A stretch of 64,000 nt of DNA from Balneolales bacterium (GTDB taxonomy: Bacteria > Bacteroidota > Rhodothermia > Balneolales > Natronogracilivirgulaceae): NCBI GenBank assembly GCA_007135115.1, contig SLJN01000188.1, positions 46 to 64,045 of the forward strand, in the 5' to 3' direction. Both the position numbers and the translations under genes were made by a program. How positions within the stretch are numbered: position 1 is the stretch's first letter; every line of letters starts with the position of its first letter. The notes under the pieces are model-generated. The model was not told the DNA's origin and made no database searches. It was given only the letters and a program-made list of their open reading frames with translations. This document shows, piece after piece, positions 32,761 through 40,743 of the stretch.

Positions 32761-33202
32761 GGCGATTGTAGTTGCATCAAATGGACAATTATCCGTTTAA
32801 CCAAAAGTCCGTAGCGTAGCGGAGGACGATCGTACAAAAGCCCTGGGTGAAGCGAAGCGTGCCGAGCGATAGCGATTGCCGTGAAGCGAAACCCAGGGAT
32901 CAAGAAGTTCCTTACCCAAACCAAGCCCCGTCCGCCGGCTGGCGGAGAGGGGCGGCCGAAAGGTGCCACCGTTCCGGCTTTCGGTCGTCCTGCGCCACCT
33001 CCGGCGGCTCAGGACTTGTTATCACTGATGTCACCTTTTTCCCCGACCTTATCCGCTTTCCAGCGGAACGGTCGGGGCTTTAGTTCGGTCGTCCTTCGCT
33101 ACGCTACGGACTTGTTGGTGTCAATGGCTTCATCGCAACTTTATCCTTATCGTCAGAATAAACTATTAGGTTGATAATTACATTTGTTGCAACTACAACG
33201 CC
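32761..33202. repeat. About 440-bp GC-rich nested inverted-repeat element (candidate structured RNA or MITE-like element)
   Basis: Outer arms are 32761-32793 and 33172-33202 (GGCGATTGTAGTTGCATCAAATG versus the reverse complement GGCGTTGTAGTTGCAACAAATG). Inner arms are 32800-32829 and 33089-33119, including a 23-nt core with one mismatch (GTCCGTAGCGTAGCGGAGGACGA versus GTCCGTAGCGTAGCGAAGGACGA). Four internal hairpins lie at 32841-32898, 32926-32952, 32956-32984 and 33041-33077. Confidence 0.8.
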
Positions 33203-33234
33203 TTATATAGCATGTTAAATTGACAAATTAATCA

Positions 33235-33300
33235 CCACGGATGCTTTATTGAGCTATCCCCAAAAAATCCGTGCTCATCGGTGCAAATCCGTGGCTTTTT
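33235..33300 (+). terminator. Hairpin plus T-run, probably a bidirectional terminator between GH84 and the phosphodiester glycosidase gene
   Basis: CCACGGAT (33235-33242) pairs with ATCCGTGG (33287-33294), followed by CTTTTT and then AAAAA. The same CCACGGA...TCCGTGG arm sequence recurs at 61606-61646. Confidence 0.55.
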
Positions 33301-33308
33301 AAAAATCA

Positions 33309-34406
33309 TCAATCTTTTACAAAAATCAGCAAGCCGTTGGCGATGGCACGCTCGCCCTCTTCATCCGATGGGTGGTTTTTAATCGAGCCATCCCAGACCA
33401 TGGTGGTTGAGCCGCCTCCGTCAAGATTTAAGGCGTGATCTGCGCCAATGGAAATCATGAAGTCGCTCAGCTCGTGCAGGTTCATTCCCGCGCTCTCTTC
33501 ACTGCGCCCGTCTGCGGTGACCAGATAGAGTTTGGTTTGATCCGCATTGAAACCCACTGCCGTTCGCGGATGCCGGGTTTCAACAAAATCGGGGCCGATC
33601 CCTTCGGCTTCAGCGGCGTCATCAACAATGACATCGCCGCCGGCAACCATCTGAGGCCCGCCGCCCACGGCCTGTGCTATCGGATGCCTGAGCGGATTGT
33701 ATTGCAAAGAAATGCGGACATCATCAGGATCAAAGTGGTGATCCGGGTAGGTTACGACCAAATCGAAAGTATCAGCTCCGATTTCACCCTCAAGCCATTC
33801 TTCGGTTTCCTGCTGAAATCTACCCTCGCCAAGGTGGTTGAATCCGATGCCTAAACCTGTAGTGTCCGTATGAATGGGTTTGCCGAAATAGGAGGTATAC
33901 AAAACCGGATTTTCACTGCGATACAGAGGATTAATTCGGCCGATGGTCTCGGACATTCCGTCATACTCAAGCTTGGCTTCAAATTCAATTGGTGAAATGA
34001 AGAGGCTGTCCGTCGAAGTTTTTCCGAAAACCGACCGATCATGACCGGGTGTTGCCGGAATAAAATCCCCCACATGCAGATTTACGGGATAGCCGCTATC
34101 AAAACTGAAAAAATCCGCATTAATGCCCCCGACGGTATAGCTCTGTTCCTTGTAAACGTAAGTCATGGAAGTTAGTTTCTCCAGACCCGGCAGCACCTGC
34201 CGGTCATTTTTCGAGGATAGCACCGACCGGAAATAAACCCCGGGATGGGTTAAGTCAACTTCCAAAACGTGTAGGGAGCAAGGAATGGACTCATCAAAAT
34301 GGGCAGAATAGCGTACGGGGTTATCTCCGGATGAATGTTGCATTGATGCCGCCCAGATTCCCACCGTAACAACGGCAACCAACAAGATGATAAGCGCAGT
34401 TCTCAT
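33309..34406 (-). CDS. Phosphodiester glycosidase family protein (DUF2233 / NAGPA 'uncovering enzyme'-like), secreted
   Basis: C-terminal block RHPRTAVGFNADQTKLYLVTADGR....GMNL.ELS.FM...GA..ALNLDGGGSTTMV is the hallmark of this family. N-terminal signal anchor. Confidence 0.75.
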   Translation of the reverse strand: MRTALIILLVAVVTVGIWAASMQHSSGDNPVRYSAHFDESIPCSLHVLEVDLTHPGVYFRSVLSSKNDRQVLPGLEKLTSMTYVYKEQSYTVGGINADFFSFDSGYPVNLHVGDFIPATPGHDRSVFGKTSTDSLFISPIEFEAKLEYDGMSETIGRINPLYRSENPVLYTSYFGKPIHTDTTGLGIGFNHLGEGRFQQETEEWLEGEIGADTFDLVVTYPDHHFDPDDVRISLQYNPLRHPIAQAVGGGPQMVAGGDVIVDDAAEAEGIGPDFVETRHPRTAVGFNADQTKLYLVTADGRSEESAGMNLHELSDFMISIGADHALNLDGGGSTTMVWDGSIKNHPSDEEGERAIANGLLIFVKD

Positions 34407-34495
34407 GAGATCACATTAAATTAAAAGGGTAATATAAAACAGTTCGATCAAAACAAGGTGTCTTCATAGCCAACAACATGCATCATAAAGATGGG

Positions 34496-35499
34496 TTATC
34501 CACTGTAATAAATAAGGATCATCAAGATAATCAGCAAGACAAGCCAGAGCATGATCGCCATTTTGTTTGCCCGTTTTGCCTTGGTGGTTTCATACCAAGT
34601 TCGCGGGCGCACGCCCTGAAAAATAAAAGTCGCTACCCCGGCGAGATTCACGCAGATGACATTAGTGATCAGTAAAAGTCCGGCATATAAAGCGAGAGTC
34701 CACTGCATATCTCCGAGCAGGAGCCCGGCAGTAACAAGCGGTGGCAGCAGGGCCACGGCAACCATCACACCGATCACGGCAGCTGACATCCCCACCGTAT
34801 AAGCAAGAACACCGGCAGCTCCGGAGGCCAGAGCCAAAGCAATATCATAATGATGAACCTCCGTTCGGATGGCAATTTCATAAACATCAGGATCAACGGG
34901 TATCAGGTAACCAAGGATTACCGAAATACCAAAGGCAGTTGATACGCCGGCCAGATTCGTTTTCAGCGACTTAATGGCCAAGTCAAAATCACCGAGAGCT
35001 GTGGATAGGGCAAGACCCACATTGGGGCCAAGAAGCGGGGCAATGACCATCGCGCCAATCACCACAGCCGTATTATCCCGGAGCACTCCCAAAGCAGCCA
35101 CGATGGTTGATAGCACGACCATGGCCATATAAACTCTCGTCAATGCAACAGCATCTGAAATATCCGAGTAGAGCTCTTCCCGGCTGACACGGATGCCCTG
35201 GATCGGTTGTTCCCAGGGTTGTGTTTTTTGCTTCTCAGCCTCAGGCTCTTCTAATCGCGGAAGCGTGACCTCTACCGGAAGCATCACCACCCTGAAATCG
35301 TTGGCAGTACCCAATAGTGTTCAACTTTGTCCAAAAACTGCTCGGTATGAGCAGCATCAACAAGCACTTTTAAAAGATGGTCGCTTCCGATGGCTGAAGT
35401 TTCATCCCAGATATGCACTACCGACTCATCAGCCCTGATTTGCTCCAGCGCATATTGACTCCCTTTGGGGATGATAATTTCGATTTGCCTGAGTGCCAT
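34496..35499 (-). pseudogene. DUF389 / TIGR00341-family membrane protein interrupted by a frameshift (two ORFs: 35284-35499 and 34496-35314)
   Basis: The 71-aa ORF is the soluble N-terminal domain (IEIIIPKG....). The 272-aa ORF, whose nominal start is TTG, continues with DFRVVMLPVEVTLPR and the multi-TM domain. The two frames overlap at 35284-35314 and differ by one nucleotide. Confidence 0.5.
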
Positions 35500-35660
35500 G
35501 AAATTAATTGTGGGTGCTTGGGTCAGGATTCAAATAAAGGCAAAATCACGAAAAAAGTAACAGAAATTTTAAGATAATGGGGGGTAATGTATTTATTTTG
35601 AAGGCAATGTGCAGAGTTCCAGGCTGTTACTTTTTAATGAACGAAAAATATATCGACAAC

Positions 35661-36521
35661 ATGAAACTTTACCGAATCTCTGGAACAGTTGTGCTCGGAG
35701 TTGCCCTGCTTTTTTGGTCTGATTTTTCCGCTAAATCCGATACCGGTTATTCATTCGATGGATTTTCCTATACCGGTAAGTCTTTGGATATATCGGAACA
35801 TACCTCTAACGCACGGGCAACAGACTGGCACCCGGATGGAAGTGAATTATTTGTGGTGGGGCGCAGGTCCGTAAATGTGGCCAATTACTCCCTTAGCGAG
35901 CCGTGGGATATTGAGTCTGCCGGTTTTTCAATAGAATTGAATTTGTCTGATGATTTAGGCAGACTTCCGTTGAGATCGGTGGCCCATGGGTTGTTCATCC
36001 GGGAGGATGGTGAAAAATTATGGGTTTTTAACCGGACCGAAATTTACGGTTATAAAATGGATGAAGCTTGGGATATCAGCACCGCTTCAAAAAGTCAGTA
36101 TAAAAGCTTAAGTGATTTCGTAAGCCGGGGCCACGACTTTGATTTTCATCCGGATGGGTCCCGGCTTTTTATCGATGATCGAAATAAAAGTGCGGTGTTT
36201 CAGCTGGAATTATCAGAACCCTGGGATGTGACCACGGCCGAACTGGTTTACACGCTTGATATCTCCGATCAGGAAGAAGCGGTTCGTGGACTTGAAATTA
36301 TTGATGATGGCAGAATCATGCTCTTGATGGATACCGACCGGGGAGAAGTGCTGAAATATCACCTGCAGGAACCCTATGAATTGCAATCAGCGGAGTACGG
36401 GAATGCTTTTGATGTTAGTGAACAAACCGTAGATCCCAGGGGGTTAAGCGTGAGTGCCTCCATGGATGCTTTTTATGTGACAGGACGGGATAATGAGAAG
36501 GTTTATAAGTACCGAAAGTAG
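35661..36521 (+). CDS. Secreted repeat protein of unknown function (four approx. 60-aa repeats, beta-propeller-like)
   Basis: Signal peptide after the ATG at 35661 (MKLYRISGTVVLGVALLFWSDFSA). Four repeats are each marked by L/M.EPWD(I/V)..A (SEPWDIESA, DEAWDISTA, SEPWDVTTA, QEPYELQSA) and HPDGS.LF. I recognise no family. Confidence 0.5.
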   Translation: MKLYRISGTVVLGVALLFWSDFSAKSDTGYSFDGFSYTGKSLDISEHTSNARATDWHPDGSELFVVGRRSVNVANYSLSEPWDIESAGFSIELNLSDDLGRLPLRSVAHGLFIREDGEKLWVFNRTEIYGYKMDEAWDISTASKSQYKSLSDFVSRGHDFDFHPDGSRLFIDDRNKSAVFQLELSEPWDVTTAELVYTLDISDQEEAVRGLEIIDDGRIMLLMDTDRGEVLKYHLQEPYELQSAEYGNAFDVSEQTVDPRGLSVSASMDAFYVTGRDNEKVYKYRK

Positions 36522-36574
36522 TAGTGAATTCCGCTCTTTTTGATGACGAAAAAATCTGTGTTTAGATAAATCAC

Positions 36575-37531
36575 TTACTTCTTCCCATGCCGCCCGGATA
36601 TGGAGTCGATGCGTTGTCTCATTTCATCAAGCTCATCGGAAATGCGGGCGAGCTCATCCTGCAAAGTCTCTTCCCGAAGTGCACTTTCAAGATCGGATAG
36701 TTGTCGGGCATCTTTACGCGCTTCATCCATGCTGTTCATTATGACTCCAATAAACAGGTTTAAAACTATCATAGTACCAATGAGCACAAAACTGACAAAG
36801 TAAAATGCCGCACCAAAACCAAAACCCTGAGGTTCGGTACATCCCTTGGCGGCACTATAGCCATAATTTTCGTGATCACAGCCGTACATGTTGATGTACA
36901 TGATGTCGGTCCAGTTATCTAAGGTCACCACCCGGAAAAGCGACAACATGCTGTTTTGCAGGTAGCCAAAGTGTACCGGGTCATTGTCCCGAAACAGAAA
37001 AACCCCCATCGTGGCGTAGATATAGAAAATTACGGAGAGAAGCACCGCAACATAGCCGATGGATGGAATGGATTTAAGCAGCGTGTCGACCAACATGCGT
37101 AGTTTAGGGATGGCTCGCACCAGCCGGAAAACACGCATCACCCTGGCCAAACGAAAAACGGCGACGAAAGCGCCATCCAGGTCAGGCAATAACAGGGCCA
37201 TATAGCAGACGGCTACAATGGTGAAATCAAAAATATTCCAGGGATCCCGGAAATACCGCATAGGATGAGGCGACTCGGCCGTCATCTTGATGATGATTTC
37301 CACCAGAAAGATGAACAGGATGATCTGATCGAGCGTCCAAAGCAGATTTTTGTAATCGGCAACCTTTTCTCCGTAGGTCTGAACTCCTACCACCACACCA
37401 GCCGCCAGAATGACCAGCATGATAAAGTTATTGAACCGCTTGGATTCCGCTATTTGTCTGCAAAGATCGGAAATTGAACTCATGTAGTGGGGGTAGTCGT
37501 TTGAGCCGATTCTATCGTTGTACCTGTTCAT
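36575..37531 (-). CDS. Single-domain voltage-gated cation channel (BacNaV/NaChBac family) with atypical selectivity filter
   Basis: Six-TM layout. S4 has Arg every third residue (FRLARVMRVFRLVRAIPKLR). The pore helix plus filter reads FRVVTLDNWTD (filter codons at 36905-36925). The C-terminal tail is a coiled coil. Confidence 0.8.
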   Translation of the reverse strand: MNRYNDRIGSNDYPHYMSSISDLCRQIAESKRFNNFIMLVILAAGVVVGVQTYGEKVADYKNLLWTLDQIILFIFLVEIIIKMTAESPHPMRYFRDPWNIFDFTIVAVCYMALLLPDLDGAFVAVFRLARVMRVFRLVRAIPKLRMLVDTLLKSIPSIGYVAVLLSVIFYIYATMGVFLFRDNDPVHFGYLQNSMLSLFRVVTLDNWTDIMYINMYGCDHENYGYSAAKGCTEPQGFGFGAAFYFVSFVLIGTMIVLNLFIGVIMNSMDEARKDARQLSDLESALREETLQDELARISDELDEMRQRIDSISGRHGKK

Positions 37532-37670
37532 AAAAATCAGCGAATGAAGATAAGGAATGCCTTAAGCGCTATCCACCGTAATTCGCGTAGATCAGTAATG
37601 CAGAATTTGGCGTTGAGAGAGCAGTAATGAAACCGTTGATCATATTTTATGAAGCAATTTAAACAGGAAC

Positions 37671-38039
37671 ATGGGCAAAAAAGACACCGATAAAAAGTGG
37701 CAAAACAAAATCGAAAAGTTGGCCATTGGAAAAATTCAGCGGCATATTTTTTTGTGTACCGGTCCGGATTGTTGTGAAAGCGAGACTGGTCAGGAATCCT
37801 GGAAATACCTTAAAAAACGCCTGAAACAGCTAAATCTTGACGGCCACGGAGGAACTTATCGAAGTAAGGCAGATTGCCTGAGGCTGTGTATGCGGGGGCC
37901 GGTCGCCGTTGTCTATCCGGAAGGGGTATGGTATCAATCGTGTACACCGGAGGTGCTTGAGAGAATTATTGATGAACACTTGGTGCAAGGCAATCCGGTT
38001 GAAGAGTATAGGATTAAGCAACTATCAAATACTAAGTAA
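37671..38039 (+). CDS. Thioredoxin-like [2Fe-2S] ferredoxin domain protein
   Basis: Cys pattern [11 protein letters not shown] ... [20 protein letters not shown], typical of (2Fe-2S) ferredoxin-domain proteins with a Trx-like fold. Confidence 0.7.
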   Translation: MGKKDTDKKWQNKIEKLAIGKIQRHIFLCTGPDCCESETGQESWKYLKKRLKQLNLDGHGGTYRSKADCLRLCMRGPVAVVYPEGVWYQSCTPEVLERIIDEHLVQGNPVEEYRIKQLSNTK

Positions 38040-38478
38040 CCTCAGTTTGAATATTCTTTTTTTATATACTCTTTTTGCTTAAGTAATAGCATCGTAGTAG
38101 CATATTGTACCCATCCGTCCTTTTTGATTGATCAAAAAGGACCAAAAAATCACCGGCTGATCGAGTAAAAGCCTAAAATCGATTCCGCTCCGCTAAAATA
38201 ATCCGAAGGTTCTTCTGCTTTCGTCAAACCCGGATCACCCTCCTCACCGGTGCGGATTATTTTTTAACGCTCCGCTGCATCGATTTCTTAACGGCTTTTC
38301 CTCGAAAGGCCGGACTCGATCTATCCTACTTTAAGTAATTTCATCCTGAAGTTCTGTCTATATTCAGAATCGAATTCAGGTGAGTAATTAAGTTTTGCCC
38401 TGTTAGATAATTGTAACCAGCAGCGTGCATAAACAGAAAACCACAAAGTTGATTTGATAAACGTTAGTCATCAGCGCA

Positions 38479-38922
38479 ATGATAGAATATATTTTCCAGG
38501 TTGCCACGGTATGGTTCCTGGGATTCTTTCCATTTTTTGAAATTTATGTGGCCGTCCCGGCTGGTATGGCGGTGGGGTTAGATCCGTTTTCGGTGATTTT
38601 CTTTTCCGTTACCGGCAACTTTGCACCCGTATTGTTGATTGAATTCGGTTATCATCAACTCAGAAGAATTGAACGGCTGCGGCGATGGTTTGACCGGCCG
38701 GTATCCGAAAAGCTGACTACCAATATCAATCGGTACGGCTGGTGGTATATCCTGTTGATTACCCCCTGGGTAGGCGTGTGGGCAATTGCCGTAGCAGCCA
38801 AGGTTCTACATATGAACAGAGACACCCTTGTTTGGGGCTCTCTTGTTAGTATATTAATCTACGCGCTTTTGTTAACCGGACTCATTGCTCTTGGCATTGA
38901 TTTCTTTTCGGATGATGCTTAA
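38479..38922 (+). CDS. Small integral membrane protein, 'small multidrug export'-like (COG2426/PF06695-like)
   Basis: 147 aa with four TM helices. The N-terminal FFPFFEIYVAVPAGMAVGL pattern resembles that family. Recognised from memory only. Confidence 0.5.
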   Translation: MIEYIFQVATVWFLGFFPFFEIYVAVPAGMAVGLDPFSVIFFSVTGNFAPVLLIEFGYHQLRRIERLRRWFDRPVSEKLTTNINRYGWWYILLITPWVGVWAIAVAAKVLHMNRDTLVWGSLVSILIYALLLTGLIALGIDFFSDDA

Positions 38923-38939
38923 CCACCGAAGTCAATTCT

Positions 38940-40016
38940 ATGGAAACTCAAATTCAACCCCATCGCCCGGAACCTGTAGTTTTAGATGATGAGCCACAGC
39001 TTGTCACTAAAAAAACAGACTTTTCGGAAGTGGCAACGCAGCTGCAAGCCAGTTATCAGGCGGTGATTAATGATGAATACCCAACGGGAATACGTCTGCT
39101 CAATCATCTCAAAAAACGAATATTCGGTACCGGCAAAAGAGGGAGTTATAAGGGTTATCGCAATCTTAGATCAGATTATCATGAGGCTTCCAATCGGTTG
39201 TTGATACCGGTGGAGGATCACAAAATCGCCGTACCCAAAGCCCCGGAAATCGGGTGGTTGGAAAAACTTTATCCCGAAGAAAATAGGTTTTACCTAACCT
39301 TGCCTCAGATTCAGGGGCTGAACAGTTCTTGGCAATGGTATCAAAAAGGCATTCAGTTTCCTGTGTTGGATCAACCGGTTTACCCGTTTTACGGCACCTA
39401 TTTCCCCACCCGCTTTGATCACCTGATCCTCTTTGATAAATGGCTGACGAAATATCAGGGTAGCAAGGCCTCGGCTTATGATATCGGTGCGGGCTGCGGA
39501 GTGCTTTCTTTCCAGCTTTGTAAGCATGGGTTTGATCAGGTGTTTGCCTCAGACATCAACCCGAATGCCGTGATATCCATACAGGAGAACGCACGATATT
39601 TAGGTGTAGGCAACTGCATTTCGGTACAGGTTTGTGATTTATTTGAAAAATGGGAGCAGAAAGCTGACCTGATTGTTTTCAATCCACCCTGGCTGCCGGC
39701 CGGGGAAGAGGCGAGTGGATTGGATCAGGCTATTTACTATCCGGCGGATTTATTTGAGCGGTTTTTTGATCAGGCAAAGGAGTACCTGTCAGATAACGGC
39801 AAACTGGTGGTGCTTTTTTCGAATCTGGGTCAGACTACCGGAACGCAGTCTCATCATCCAATGGACGAAGAACTGGAGGCGCACCAGCGATTTCAGAAAA
39901 TCAGGGTGATCAAAAGAAAAGTTAAAGGCGGGTCGAAGAAAACCAAAAGACGCAATAACCGCCATCAGGAATATGTAGAACTTTGGGAGTTGGAAAAATG
40001 GCAGAAATCGACTTGA
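38940..40016 (+). CDS. SAM-dependent methyltransferase with NPPW motif (PrmC/RsmC-like 'MTS' type) and an N-terminal extension of about 170 aa
   Basis: Motif I YDIGAGCGVLS, acidic post-I ASDIN and motif IV LIVFNPPWLP, the N6-adenine / N5-glutamine / m2G class. Lys/Arg-rich C-terminal tail. Confidence 0.65.
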   Translation: METQIQPHRPEPVVLDDEPQLVTKKTDFSEVATQLQASYQAVINDEYPTGIRLLNHLKKRIFGTGKRGSYKGYRNLRSDYHEASNRLLIPVEDHKIAVPKAPEIGWLEKLYPEENRFYLTLPQIQGLNSSWQWYQKGIQFPVLDQPVYPFYGTYFPTRFDHLILFDKWLTKYQGSKASAYDIGAGCGVLSFQLCKHGFDQVFASDINPNAVISIQENARYLGVGNCISVQVCDLFEKWEQKADLIVFNPPWLPAGEEASGLDQAIYYPADLFERFFDQAKEYLSDNGKLVVLFSNLGQTTGTQSHHPMDEELEAHQRFQKIRVIKRKVKGGSKKTKRRNNRHQEYVELWELEKWQKST

Positions 40017-40020
40017 AGTA

Positions 40021-40051
40021 ATATCAAAACAGTGATATCGTTTTGATATCA
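40021..40051 (+). promoter_or_regulatory. Nested inverted repeats upstream of vapB (candidate antitoxin operator, or terminator of the upstream gene)
   Basis: ATATCAAAAC (40021-40030) pairs perfectly with GTTTTGATAT (40040-40049). It overlaps a second palindrome, TGATATC...GATATCA. It lies 36 nt upstream of the vapB ATG. Confidence 0.4.
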
Positions 40052-40086
40052 CGTGCAAGCACATCTACGGAATAAGGGAGTCGGTT

Positions 40087-40323
40087 ATGAAAAACATACT
40101 CATTAGAAATCTGAGCGAAGAGACTGTTAAAAGGCTCAAAGAGAAAGCTGCAGCTAATGGTAGATCGCTGCACGCAGAAATAAAATTCATGCTGGATGGG
40201 TATGCATCCGAGTATACCAGGGAAGAAGCCATCAATAAGGTCAATGAGATATATGAGGCATTTAAAAAAGAAAAAAGAACCTTTTCCGACAGCGACGAAG
40301 GCATCAGATCATTAAGGGATTAA
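40087..40323 (+). CDS. vapB: Type II antitoxin, ribbon-helix-helix (FitA/VapB-like)
   Basis: 78 aa. The N-terminal ILIRNLSEETVKRLKEKAAANGRSLHAEI is the Arc/MetJ-type RHH pattern of FitA-like antitoxins. Its stop abuts the next start (TAAATG). Confidence 0.75.
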   Translation: MKNILIRNLSEETVKRLKEKAAANGRSLHAEIKFMLDGYASEYTREEAINKVNEIYEAFKKEKRTFSDSDEGIRSLRD

Positions 40324-40743
40324 ATGGCCAAATATGTAATCGATGTCGGGGTCGGACTGAAGTGGTTTTTGGATGAAGAACAGGCCGATAAAGCGCGGTC
40401 GTATCTGAGCCGTAATGTTGAATATTTTATTCCGCGGCTGTTCTATCTGGAAACTTCGGCTGTATTGGCCAAAAAAGTGAGACGCCGCGAACTTGATAAA
40501 AATGAGGCAACCCGAATCCGGCAAACGCTCGGTGCTTTTCCGTTTGATGTAACCCCGAACGAGTTTCTGGAAGATCAGTCATTTGATCTTGCGCTGTTGC
40601 ATCAGATCAGCATGTATGATGCAGTCTATATTGTCTTAGCTATCGCTATCGAAGGAAAAATGCTGACTTCCGACACAAGATTTGCCAAAGCAATGGAACA
40701 GGTGGGCTTGGTAGAATGGATTGAGGTTGTAGGGGAATATTAA
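40324..40743 (+). CDS. vapC: Type II toxin, PIN-domain ribonuclease VapC
   Basis: 139 aa. Acidic residues at PIN positions (VIDVGV near the N-terminus, E in YLETSAV, D in MYDAVYIVLA, LTSDTRF near the C-terminus). Immediately follows an RHH antitoxin. Confidence 0.8.
   Translation: MAKYVIDVGVGLKWFLDEEQADKARSYLSRNVEYFIPRLFYLETSAVLAKKVRRRELDKNEATRIRQTLGAFPFDVTPNEFLEDQSFDLALLHQISMYDAVYIVLAIAIEGKMLTSDTRFAKAMEQVGLVEWIEVVGEY

Noticed and set aside
32733-33174. Three overlapping ORFs (32733-32969 minus, 32847-33083 plus, 32881-33174 plus) in the GH84 / phosphodiester-glycosidase spacer
   Set aside because: They overlap each other in different frames. They are Pro/Gly/Arg/Ala-rich, as expected from translating GC-rich hairpin DNA. 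Two start at GTG inside hairpin stems. The region is better explained by the nested inverted repeats.
38160-38320. Possible fluoride, guanidine or preQ1 riboswitch upstream of the small membrane-protein gene
   Set aside because: I could not find the conserved core sequences of these classes as I remember them. Only generic hairpins are present, so it is kept as a low-interest structural observation and not called as a riboswitch.
38940-40743. Methyltransferase + vapBC as a restriction-modification or other defence system
   Set aside because: There is no endonuclease, specificity subunit, helicase or ATPase partner. The NPPW methyltransferase could equally modify protein or rRNA. vapBC modules are ubiquitous stand-alone loci.
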